Source: a virus
DNA length: 64,000 nucleotides
IMG/VR virus record: IMGVR_UViG_3300020195_000027
Location: 2,818 to 66,817 of that record
Direction: 5' to 3' (one strand)
The position numbers and the translations under genes were made by a program. The notes beneath the pieces are model-generated. The model made no database searches and was not told where the DNA came from. It saw only the letters and a program-made list of their open reading frames with translations. Position 1 is the first letter of the stretch. Every line of letters begins with the position of its first letter. Below, piece after piece: positions 8,701-17,485 of the stretch.

Positions 8701-9591
8701 ATGGCGGGTACAGATTTAAGTGACATAAATTCAGCGGAGTCGGTTAAAGTAATCGGCTCCGACTTAACTGGTGTAGAAACTTTTCCAATAAATTCTACTC
8801 CAGAGGGAGATCAGCACAATTCCCCCGTGAACAGAAGGTTAAATGCATCTGCGTCTATTTCTGCATTGAATGGAGATCTGTACTCGTCTACCGATGTTTC
8901 ACAATATAAATCAGCTTGTATCCAACTAACAGGAACTTGGAGCGCGACGGTTACTTTCCAAGCATCTAACAACAATGTAGCATTTGTAAGCGTTGGGGCT
9001 TTGAATCTAAATGATCCAGCAAGCTCCGCTGGTAATACAGCAACGGCGAACGGGATGTATCACATTCCAGTCTTCTTTAAATTCCTAAGAATAAGAGTTA
9101 CCGCTTACACTTCAGGAACGGTGGTTGGGACCACTTTAATAAGCTCCATGCAACCGTTTGATTTGAGCGCAAGATTTGTAGACATCAAATCCGGTCAATT
9201 AGTACCAACGATCACGAATAAATTTAGAATAAGATCAAATGTTGGTGACATAAACATAAATCCTACCTATACGACAATGTTTACTCGGCTTGGAGTTGGA
9301 TTGTTTTTTGGTTTTCAGGCATCATTTAATCACGCGGAAATAATAATGAAGCTGACATTAGATGGCGGTGTTGTTTTTGAATTAAACCTTAATGACATAA
9401 GACAATTCAAATTCAACGACACAACAACCACCAGAACTCAAATGGGCGGTTTCCTTACTACCATAGGAAATGTTTTAGATTTTAGCTCTAAATTTGCAAT
9501 CCCTTATTCAACCGATCTAACAATTGAAATGAAGTCGGTAACGGGAACAAGAAAAAATACTAACTGGATTGTGTTTTTAACAGAGGATTAA
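8701..9591 (+). CDS. Putative virion accessory protein with a beta-sandwich domain
   Basis: SISALN..GTW..TV.F..S...F....TAYTSGT domain shared with 9594..11096. Confidence 0.6.
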   Translation: MAGTDLSDINSAESVKVIGSDLTGVETFPINSTPEGDQHNSPVNRRLNASASISALNGDLYSSTDVSQYKSACIQLTGTWSATVTFQASNNNVAFVSVGALNLNDPASSAGNTATANGMYHIPVFFKFLRIRVTAYTSGTVVGTTLISSMQPFDLSARFVDIKSGQLVPTITNKFRIRSNVGDININPTYTTMFTRLGVGLFFGFQASFNHAEIIMKLTLDGGVVFELNLNDIRQFKFNDTTTTRTQMGGFLTTIGNVLDFSSKFAIPYSTDLTIEMKSVTGTRKNTNWIVFLTED

Positions 9592-9593
9592 TA

Positions 9594-11096
9594 ATGGCAT
9601 CTTTAAACACGGAAAGCATTAGTGCGTTAAACGCATCGGTAGCCGCAAGACCTCTGGATAATTTCGGAACAGCGGGAATTATCATATCTGGAACATGGGT
9701 GGGGACAATTTCGTTTGAAGGTTCCTTGGACGGGATTAATTTTGTTTCTATATTTGCGATGAGGCTTTCTGATAGTTTTTTTCTAATAAGCGCAGCCAGC
9801 AACGGACAGTTTCTAATAAATGTATCTGGGATGGTTGCTATAAGAGCGAAGCTGACCGCTTACACTTCGGGAACGGCAGATATTGTTATTCAAGGTAATG
9901 CGGCAGTTTCAATAAATAGAGCTCTCTCCACAATAGTTGGAGCGACAGATGGAACCCAGATCGGAAATGATTCAAACGCCCTTAAAGGGTTTATTTCAGG
10001 AAGAGATTCTTTATCTGTTTTAAGAAGCGTACAAACAAAAGTCAGGGGGGATGGGCTTACGGCTTTAGTCACGGACGCCAGTGGAGTTGTCGAGTCTACG
10101 CTTGGATTTGATCAACAGCCAGATTCGTTTTTTCAAATTATTAATACAGGTGCCGCAGGAAATACGTGGACAATATTTATTGCAGGTACAAGCGCCGATC
10201 CTACAGGCCCAGATAGAGATTTACCAGACTACACAAAAGTTTTCACGGTTTTAGCTGGTGAGGTTGGCGACGAATTAAAACTAAGAGACAGAATAGTTCA
10301 AGAGTTAAATTCCGATCCTGTTTTTAAGAGTACAGTATTTTTGAAGGCTGCTAAGGCTACCGACAGGGCGATAGTTCACATTCAAAGCCAGAAGTTTTCA
10401 GTTAGTGGTGACTTTTATGAAAGACCTTTTTCTGGAAACTTTAATGTAACAGTGACAGGAACAGCGGTAAGGATTGTAGGATTCGATAATTTAATTTCAA
10501 GATCAAAACCGGTTACTATTTCGAGAGATAGAGATAGTCCACACAGATTAGGACTTTTCGGGGTTACTGGATCGGTTTCAGTAACAGCCAAAGAATTGTC
10601 AGGTTTATTTGTAGCAGAGGCTACGAACGCAGGATCAAGTGACATGAGGGTGAACGGATCACTCGCTAGTCCGATTGACTTTCTTGTTCCCGCCAGCACA
10701 ACGACAGATATTTTTATACAAGATTTAATATTTGATGCTGGTGGAAACGGTATGAAATTTGGAAAATTTTTATCAAAAAGCTCAGCAATTGTAAACGGAG
10801 TAGAGGTTCAGATAAAATCAGACGATATTATTACAACATTTCAGCCAATATTTACAAACGAAGAATTTAAGAACAAATGGGCAGCACTTTCTGGAAGTGG
10901 TGCGGCTTTTAGAATTGATGTCCAGGATGGTGAAGACGAGCTGCTTGCAATTTTACACCTTGATAATCCATTTATACTGAGGGTAGCCGGATCGTTTACA
11001 ACAGATGACTTTATAAGAGTAAGAATAAGAGACAATCTTTCAAGTCAAATTGCACGTTTTAATTTCAGAGCTAAAGGATTCGAGAAGGAGCCATAA
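9594..11096 (+). CDS. Putative virion accessory protein
   Basis: 500-aa operonic ORF whose N-terminal domain is paralogous to the previous gene. Confidence 0.6.
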   Translation: MASLNTESISALNASVAARPLDNFGTAGIIISGTWVGTISFEGSLDGINFVSIFAMRLSDSFFLISAASNGQFLINVSGMVAIRAKLTAYTSGTADIVIQGNAAVSINRALSTIVGATDGTQIGNDSNALKGFISGRDSLSVLRSVQTKVRGDGLTALVTDASGVVESTLGFDQQPDSFFQIINTGAAGNTWTIFIAGTSADPTGPDRDLPDYTKVFTVLAGEVGDELKLRDRIVQELNSDPVFKSTVFLKAAKATDRAIVHIQSQKFSVSGDFYERPFSGNFNVTVTGTAVRIVGFDNLISRSKPVTISRDRDSPHRLGLFGVTGSVSVTAKELSGLFVAEATNAGSSDMRVNGSLASPIDFLVPASTTTDIFIQDLIFDAGGNGMKFGKFLSKSSAIVNGVEVQIKSDDIITTFQPIFTNEEFKNKWAALSGSGAAFRIDVQDGEDELLAILHLDNPFILRVAGSFTTDDFIRVRIRDNLSSQIARFNFRAKGFEKEP

Positions 11097-11097
11097 A

Positions 11098-11706
11098 ATG
11101 ACATTTGATCTATCTAGGTGGGAAGAATTTAAAGCATTCGCTGCCACCAGAAGTTTATCAATTCAGTTCAGAGAAGACGCAGAATTTTATTATATGAAAT
11201 GCGCTGACTCTTGGTTTTCACTGAGTTGCAACTTACTAAAGGCTGCGGACACCTCTGAAGTTGCGGACTTTGAGGCAAATTTTAAAGCTTCAGGAAACAA
11301 ACCTATTTATTCCTTGGCCTCCCCGTTTGCATCTAAATCGTATGGGTCTAAAAAACTCTATAAAAGAGTTCACGGGGTTAAGTTGGTTTGTATCGCAGGG
11401 TCAAATGAATCAATTTACGAAATAACCTATCCTTGGGTCAAGATCACGGGGATTGAGTTAACGTGGGGAGAAGCCGGAGATACGGTTTCGTTTTATGTTT
11501 TGGACTCTACTACGGGACTTTTAACTACCGTTCCAAATTTAGTTTTAAATCAATTTGGTTTTAATGTAAATGTTGCAAAAGACTACTATCATCATAAATC
11601 AGAGTTCGATGCAGACATTTATCAAACACTTCAATTAAAAACAATTTACAATTCTGTGTCCGCAAAAACCGTTGGAATAAACTTCATACTGAATGAGCTA
11701 AAATGA
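11098..11706 (+). CDS. Hypothetical protein, probably virion-associated
   Basis: ATG at 11098 follows AAGGAG and the upstream stop; overlaps the next gene by ATGA. Confidence 0.6.
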   Translation: MTFDLSRWEEFKAFAATRSLSIQFREDAEFYYMKCADSWFSLSCNLLKAADTSEVADFEANFKASGNKPIYSLASPFASKSYGSKKLYKRVHGVKLVCIAGSNESIYEITYPWVKITGIELTWGEAGDTVSFYVLDSTTGLLTTVPNLVLNQFGFNVNVAKDYYHHKSEFDADIYQTLQLKTIYNSVSAKTVGINFILNELK

Positions 11707-12230
11707 AAATACTTATAGCCTACACCGTCCCGATTAATAGGTTTCCTGTGATTGGGTATTTGTTCAGTTGGGCCATTAGGAAATTTGACAAGTCACAAGC
11801 CTCTCATACTTGTGTGATTTGGTACTCAAACACGGCCGAAGAATATATTGTTTATCAAGCCGCCGAGTTTAGTCTTCATTTTGTAGGGTATGAGTTGTTC
11901 AGACAAAAAAATAAAATGGTCAGGTTGTTTGAAACAGAAGTAACCGATAACGCATACAGGGCCGTGATGAAATACTGCCTGAGAAAAGCAGGAACACGAT
12001 ACGGGTTAAAGTCGGTGATTGGCGTTGGCCTAAAAAAGATATTCAAATTAAAAAACAATCCATTTGCCGACGGTGAGAAAACTCAATTCTGTAGTGAGAC
12101 AGTGGGATATATCATCAAGGATGTAATTGGTTTTAGGATAGATCAGGACTTCGAGGCTATTGGCGTAAGGCAGACCTTGGACATCATGATCGAGTACAAA
12201 GAATTTAGAGAGGTTCAACCGTGGCTTTAA
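11703..12230 (+). CDS. Permuted papain-like NlpC/P60 enzyme (YiiX/YaeF-like)
   Basis: His precedes Cys: ASHTCVI ... GTRYG ... QFCSETV. Confidence 0.75.
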   Translation: MKILIAYTVPINRFPVIGYLFSWAIRKFDKSQASHTCVIWYSNTAEEYIVYQAAEFSLHFVGYELFRQKNKMVRLFETEVTDNAYRAVMKYCLRKAGTRYGLKSVIGVGLKKIFKLKNNPFADGEKTQFCSETVGYIIKDVIGFRIDQDFEAIGVRQTLDIMIEYKEFREVQPWL

Positions 12231-13246
12231 AAGAATACACTTTCATAACGCTTGGCGAGATGTCAGATTACCTCAAAATAGATCATCGAGTTGTGGGTCT
12301 TGACGGTCTTGTGAAGGCTACAAAAACAATACAAAATTTGATTTACACAGCAGTTGCCGGCGGACCTGATGGAAACAACATCCAGATAGAATATACCTCT
12401 GGGGGAACCGCAGGGTCAGAAGTCGTTACCGTGACCAACGAATTAATCTCAGTTCAGATTGATGACTCTGTTTCTACTGCTACCCAAATAAAAGATGCAA
12501 TAGATTTAGTTGCTACCGCTTTGGTTTCAGTTGCGACTACCGGATTGGCATCGACCGCTCAAAATATAGTTCCTCCCACAAATTTGGCTGGTGGAGCATA
12601 TAGTCAACTCCATGACGCAAGACTGGTAAGAGTTCTCAGTGAGATAATAAACTCAGCGTGTCAGAAGATTGAAAAAATGATTGATGGTCCAGTTTTAATC
12701 AGAGAGTTCACAGAAGAACAGGATGGATCTAATTCAAATTCCCTCAAGCCACATCATCATCCAGTGGTTTCGATCACTGAAATAAAAATAGATTATAATA
12801 GGAATTTCGTAGCAGGAACAGAGATCAATCCAGCGCAATATTTTGTTCGAGGTGGATCTGATATTCGTCAAACTGGCACAGATCCAGAGATCAGAATTGT
12901 TGGAAATGACGTTGTGTTACGAGACGACAATGAACAGTTTATCCTGGGTCGAATTTTTGCGGGTTCGGTGCTTGGATCTATCAGAATAAAATACAAAGCG
13001 GGTTGGGGTAAGGACTTAGACGACATTCCATCGGATCTTAAACTAGCTTGCTATATGCTTGCGAAATACTTTTGGTTTCAGCGAGAAAACAATGACGTGG
13101 GAGTAACATCAAAATCAGTTAAGGGTGAATCCTATACTAGAATGAAAGACGGTGTTCCAGAAGCGGTGTGGGAAATGACTAGTCCGTACCAAGACTTGAG
13201 CTTGGGAACAAGGCCAGTTCCCCAAAGGAACTATTTTAGTATATGA
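12221..13246 (+). CDS. Head-tail connector (gp6-like) with an inserted beta domain
   Basis: ITLGEMSDYLKI, IINSACQKIE, HPVVSITEI and IKYKAGW..IPSDLKLAC motifs; insert at about 12314-12595. Confidence 0.8.
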   Translation: MALKEYTFITLGEMSDYLKIDHRVVGLDGLVKATKTIQNLIYTAVAGGPDGNNIQIEYTSGGTAGSEVVTVTNELISVQIDDSVSTATQIKDAIDLVATALVSVATTGLASTAQNIVPPTNLAGGAYSQLHDARLVRVLSEIINSACQKIEKMIDGPVLIREFTEEQDGSNSNSLKPHHHPVVSITEIKIDYNRNFVAGTEINPAQYFVRGGSDIRQTGTDPEIRIVGNDVVLRDDNEQFILGRIFAGSVLGSIRIKYKAGWGKDLDDIPSDLKLACYMLAKYFWFQRENNDVGVTSKSVKGESYTRMKDGVPEAVWEMTSPYQDLSLGTRPVPQRNYFSI

Positions 13247-13809
13247 TTATAAAAATCACCGGTCAGGGGACTATAAGTGAAACTGAAAAGAGACTAACCG
13301 TTGGTGTTGCTAGATATAAAAAAGCCCTTTCCTTAGAAATGTGGAGGTCCCTTACTTTAATTGAGGCCGCAATTATTCAAGAGATAAGAAAGAACTTCAA
13401 CACAAGGACTGGAGGCCTGTTAAATGCAGTAGAATCCACCGTGGTTGAAACAAAAAACGAAGTCATAGGTTTGATCAATGTTAACAAGGTGTACGCAGCA
13501 ATACACGAATTTGGAGGGATTATAACCCCCAAGAGAGCGCAGTATTTAAGATTTCCAGTAGCATCAAATATGAAACCCGACGGCTCCCCAATTGTGACAG
13601 ATAGCGGCATATCTCAAAAGGTTATGCTTCCTTTGAGAAAAGGCGACGGCTGGTTGATACTGGACGGGGCAAGAAATGCCCCAATGTTTTTGTTAAAAAA
13701 ATCTGTGACCATACCAAAAAGACCATACGTTGCACCAGCTTTTGAAAAAACTAGAGATCGAGTCTTTGAAAAGTTCGGATTCATCATACAATCGGAGTTC
13801 TTAAAATGA
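13243..13809 (+). CDS. Neck/tail completion protein (HK97 gp10 / Mu gpG-like)
   Basis: RTGGLLNA, YAAIHEFGG and IPKRPYVAPA motifs. Confidence 0.85.
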   Translation: MIIKITGQGTISETEKRLTVGVARYKKALSLEMWRSLTLIEAAIIQEIRKNFNTRTGGLLNAVESTVVETKNEVIGLINVNKVYAAIHEFGGIITPKRAQYLRFPVASNMKPDGSPIVTDSGISQKVMLPLRKGDGWLILDGARNAPMFLLKKSVTIPKRPYVAPAFEKTRDRVFEKFGFIIQSEFLK

Positions 13810-14303
13810 TAATCCCACCACCAAAAGTAGCAGAATTTCAAGCATATATAGAAACAATTGATTCAAAAAGGATGAGGATTCTTGAGGCAATGAGGCTTTT
13901 ACTTCGAGAGGTAAAAGTAGAGAACGGATACAAAACTGAGATTATGGAAGTTTCCTATGACGTTAAAATGTGGCGCGACAAGTCAATCGGTCAAACTCCT
14001 GTAGTTTACATTATAGATGACACGTCAAATTTGGTAACTCATGCTGGACATATTAGAGAATATGTCTGGAATATAAGGCTTTTTGGCGTTATCAGAGAAA
14101 AGACGATTGTTGAATTTGAGGAATTTATCTCAGATATGGAAACGGCAATTTACGATAACAACACTCTATTTGGCCAATGTAACCTTGTGAGAGTTCGAGA
14201 AATATCAACAGATAATCAGTTGTTTTCAGAATTGGATGGAACGCATCTATTTGAAATGAACGCCGAAGTTCTATACACAAGAAAATTTGATAGACCAAAG
14301 TGA
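13806..14303 (+). CDS. Putative tail terminator protein
   Basis: Size and position before the tail tube; composition fits. Confidence 0.55.
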   Translation: MIIPPPKVAEFQAYIETIDSKRMRILEAMRLLLREVKVENGYKTEIMEVSYDVKMWRDKSIGQTPVVYIIDDTSNLVTHAGHIREYVWNIRLFGVIREKTIVEFEEFISDMETAIYDNNTLFGQCNLVRVREISTDNQLFSELDGTHLFEMNAEVLYTRKFDRPK

Positions 14304-14372
14304 GTATAGATACTGTGTAGACCTTAATCGGGAAGCCGCATGGTGCGGTTGAAAGATTAGGAAGGAACAAAT

Positions 14373-15002
14373 ATGTCTTTATCAAAATCCCTTTACCGTA
14401 CTTCTTTAACCCCTGCAAAAAAGACTGCTCTTTTAAAAAAGATCAGAATTTATGCGGCGGCAAAAAATTCGAGATTCAGTGTCCGAAAAGGACGGTCAGT
14501 TTTCAAAGGAAACGAGCTTGCAGACTTCACAATAGATGAGAACGCGACTTTGAACACTCTGATGATTGACACAGGAGATGTCGCAAAAGGCGTAATCCCA
14601 GCAAGTGCCATTGTTCAAGACCTAACCTATACAGCAAAACAGGTTGGTCAATTTTATGCCAACGACGCAACAATAGAATACATCGATCCAGGAACAGACG
14701 GGGTCATTTCTGTTGGTGTGATTGGAAGGAAAATTTCTGTTACCTTGGCCTATTCCGTTGGTGCCGTAACATCAGATGCCGACCAAGTAAAAGCGGCCAT
14801 AGAAGGATACGCACCAGCGAACGCTTTGGTTTCAATGGTTGTTAGTGGAGTTGGAGTAACCGTACAGTCAGCCCAAATAGAAACTGGTTTAGCTGGAGGG
14901 AGTTCCTCTCAGAATTTTGACAAGGCTGATATATTAAAGATTCGCAGATTGCGGTCTAAAAAGTATCAAATAGTAATCGCTGAAGGCGCGGATATTGCAT
15001 AA
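14373..15002 (+). CDS. Hypothetical tail-region protein carrying the shared QDLTY domain
   Basis: VQDLTYTA...ADQVKAAI...LAGG module inserted in a basic protein. Confidence 0.6.
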   Translation: MSLSKSLYRTSLTPAKKTALLKKIRIYAAAKNSRFSVRKGRSVFKGNELADFTIDENATLNTLMIDTGDVAKGVIPASAIVQDLTYTAKQVGQFYANDATIEYIDPGTDGVISVGVIGRKISVTLAYSVGAVTSDADQVKAAIEGYAPANALVSMVVSGVGVTVQSAQIETGLAGGSSSQNFDKADILKIRRLRSKKYQIVIAEGADIA

Positions 15003-15014
15003 AAGGAGAAAAAA

Positions 15015-16580
15015 ATGGCACGTAATTTATTAAATAGATCATTTGAAGTAATAGGACTAGACCAAAGAATCTGGCTATCTCAAGAAGTTGGGGGATACGG
15101 TGAAGACGCTACTGCTGGACTCGTGCCAGTGGCGGCGGGTGCTGCTGAACATATCAGTGGTAACGTAACTTTCGACATTCCAAGAGATGATTCTGCCGCA
15201 AGGTCAGGACGATCACTTGTAACTAGATTGTCTGGAAAGAAAACGGTTGAAGTAGCTTGGGAGTCTTACATTATCCCAGGAACACCAGATGGGTTAGGAA
15301 ATCCTACCCTTCCACCACTTCATCCTATTCTCTTATCAGCTTTCGGCGATACTGATTTGTCCGATCCTACAAAAATCATTTACAAACTTTCAAGATTGAA
15401 TGACAAAACATTCAGAATGTTGGAAGAGGCTTCACACTATAGCCGACTGGCTACGGGTTGCGTTGGCGAATCTGTCACATTTAATCTTGCTGGAGACGAT
15501 AAAGCACAGTTTACAATGGAAGGTTTTGGACAGGACGTTTTAGTTGCTGGATCTTCTTTCTTAGATCAAGCACTAACTGGATCGCCCGTTGCGGCCACGC
15601 TAGTAGTTCAGGACTTAACCTACACTTCTGTGTCGCTAGACTCTTCAGGAAACCTAGTAACCATCCAATATACCGCTGGTGGTGTTGCTGGATCAGAGGC
15701 TGTTAACGTAATTGGATCAGCTATATCGGTTCAAATTGAAACAGGAGTATCAACTGCCACTCAAGTAAAAACAGCAGTAGATGGATTCCCCGCAGCGGCG
15801 GCACTGGTAACAGTAGCTGTAAGCGGAGTTGGTGCAAATGCTCAGGGTGCATACGTTCCAAACAATTTGTCAGGTGGATTAGGTGCAAACGAGTTAAAAG
15901 TTTCACTAGATAACGGGCAAAAATTTGAAGTCGGTGCATACATTGACACAATTGATGTTGCAGATGGAAATACTTACACCAACACAGCGAAACTAATCGT
16001 TGCGGTTGGCGCAGGTGTGAACAAAGACATTATTCAGGTAGGTTCAGCGCTAGCGGCTGCTCTTTTTGGGGATTTTGTAGTTGGTCACGCGCCATCGGTG
16101 TACGAGCCAATAACTTCAGAGAACGCTTTATTGGGCTTAAAAGGATCAATAATCTTTGCCGGTGTGTCAGGTACTCCATGTGAGATCATTAGTGCAGAAA
16201 TTACACTTACAAACAACTTCACTAAAAAAGACTTCCTTTTTGGAACATCCAAGAGTTGCGGATATATTCCCGATAAGAGACGAAGCGTAGAACTAAAAGT
16301 ATCCATGTTGTTAAATAAGGATAACTTCTCTTTCTTCATGAGAAATAAAAGATTTGTTCATGAGAATGTGACAATTACCCTTGAGCCGCAAGATATTCCT
16401 GCTCCAAGTTTTACAACTTCTACTGGTAGAACATTTAAGTTCGAGTTTCCAAAGGTTGAATTTAACATTCCACCGATTGAACAGCCGGCGGACAGTTATG
16501 TGACATTGGAACTAGAGGGAGTGGCTCTTGCTGATGACATTAATAACACAGATAATGAGATGGTTTTAACGATAGAATAA
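15015..16580 (+). CDS. Major tail tube protein with inserted domains
   Basis: GCVGESVTF and EITLTNN...RSVELKV...FKFEFPKVEF tube-like pattern; sits upstream of chaperones and tape measure. Confidence 0.8.
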   Translation: MARNLLNRSFEVIGLDQRIWLSQEVGGYGEDATAGLVPVAAGAAEHISGNVTFDIPRDDSAARSGRSLVTRLSGKKTVEVAWESYIIPGTPDGLGNPTLPPLHPILLSAFGDTDLSDPTKIIYKLSRLNDKTFRMLEEASHYSRLATGCVGESVTFNLAGDDKAQFTMEGFGQDVLVAGSSFLDQALTGSPVAATLVVQDLTYTSVSLDSSGNLVTIQYTAGGVAGSEAVNVIGSAISVQIETGVSTATQVKTAVDGFPAAAALVTVAVSGVGANAQGAYVPNNLSGGLGANELKVSLDNGQKFEVGAYIDTIDVADGNTYTNTAKLIVAVGAGVNKDIIQVGSALAAALFGDFVVGHAPSVYEPITSENALLGLKGSIIFAGVSGTPCEIISAEITLTNNFTKKDFLFGTSKSCGYIPDKRRSVELKVSMLLNKDNFSFFMRNKRFVHENVTITLEPQDIPAPSFTTSTGRTFKFEFPKVEFNIPPIEQPADSYVTLELEGVALADDINNTDNEMVLTIE

Positions 16581-16600
16581 ACTCGTCGGTAATATAAATG

Positions 16601-16635
16601 TGGACTCATATTAAAGTGGGTCCATAAGTTTTTTT
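16601..16635 (+). terminator. Hairpin plus T-tract after the tail tube gene
   Basis: TGGACTCA...TGGGTCCA followed by a T7 run. Confidence 0.5.
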
Positions 16636-16646
16636 ATGGGGGTTTC

Positions 16647-17096
16647 ATGGCAATTGTTAGAATTAATCCAAACGCTAGGTTCAAACTAGTTTCATCTACA
16701 GATAGTGCGATAGATCGGGACAAGTGTCCAAAGATCAAGAGCGAGGCTTCCGGAGAGCAATTGAAGTATTCCGAATCTTTGAGCCTAGAAGACCTTGTAT
16801 TTTTTGAAGATAAAAAGCCAACTTACTTTGTTTGCAGGAACTTAACTGCGACCGAACAGGTTGCGCTTTACAAAAACCATCAGCAGTTTGACGTAGAAAA
16901 AAGGAAGGTCGTTCATAATGATATGCAAACTCTTCTACTTAAGATCTTTGAAGCTTGCTGCAAAGAGGTAGAGGACGATGGTGTTAAATCAGCAATAGGG
17001 GTGGACGAAGTTCCATACGAAGTTGTCCAGGAATTAGGCTCATCTATATTGGTGAGAATGTCTCTTGGGGATACAGAAAAAAAAAGTTCCAAGTGA
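16647..17096 (+). CDS. Tail assembly chaperone (G-like)
   Basis: Between tube and tape measure; ends at an A9 slippery run. Confidence 0.8.
   Translation: MAIVRINPNARFKLVSSTDSAIDRDKCPKIKSEASGEQLKYSESLSLEDLVFFEDKKPTYFVCRNLTATEQVALYKNHQQFDVEKRKVVHNDMQTLLLKIFEACCKEVEDDGVKSAIGVDEVPYEVVQELGSSILVRMSLGDTEKKSSK
17077..17086 (+). other. Programmed -1 ribosomal frameshift site of the G/GT chaperone
   Basis: GAA AAA AAA AGT; a -1 shift reads KKFQVIMDL into ORF 17093..17485. Confidence 0.75.
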
Positions 17097-17485
17097 TTAT
17101 GGACCTACAGTTAGATCCAATTAAAGGAAATGCTTTTAATTGCGCGAGCTGTAGTCCTGGTTTACAAAAATTAAGAAATTGCACTGGTGATGGTCCTGCG
17201 GGAAAAAATCTTATCAATGGCAACCACTACCCGCGATGCCCGAGAGCAATGGCAATCGATAGCCCAGAATTTGAGCATATCGTTTGGCTATACGGGGAAT
17301 CAAGGGACCATCACACCTTACCCTTCGGAGAAAGCCCAGGTAATCAAACGGTATTTTCCCAACATTCGTTTGCTTATCTGGACTATTTAGTTGGTAAGCA
17401 CAGAAAGAAACAAGAGGAAGAACACGGTAAAAAAATGGATAAGTTGACGAAACAATCCAAGAATAAGTCTAAGGGGAAAACGTAA
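17093..17485 (+). CDS. Tail assembly chaperone, frameshifted T-like part
   Basis: In the -1 frame relative to the upstream gene; stop abuts the tape measure start; CxxC...C...CP motif. Confidence 0.75.
   Translation: MIMDLQLDPIKGNAFNCASCSPGLQKLRNCTGDGPAGKNLINGNHYPRCPRAMAIDSPEFEHIVWLYGESRDHHTLPFGESPGNQTVFSQHSFAYLDYLVGKHRKKQEEEHGKKMDKLTKQSKNKSKGKT

Noticed and set aside
14324-14350. Cobalamin riboswitch (TAATCGGGAAGCCG resembles its start)
   Set aside because: The gap is only ~70 bp and lacks the downstream core and B12 box.
15015-16580. Contractile tail sheath
   Set aside because: The sheath-like look comes from the inserted module. The rest resembles a tube protein, and no separate tube or baseplate wedge (gpJ-like) genes were recognised.
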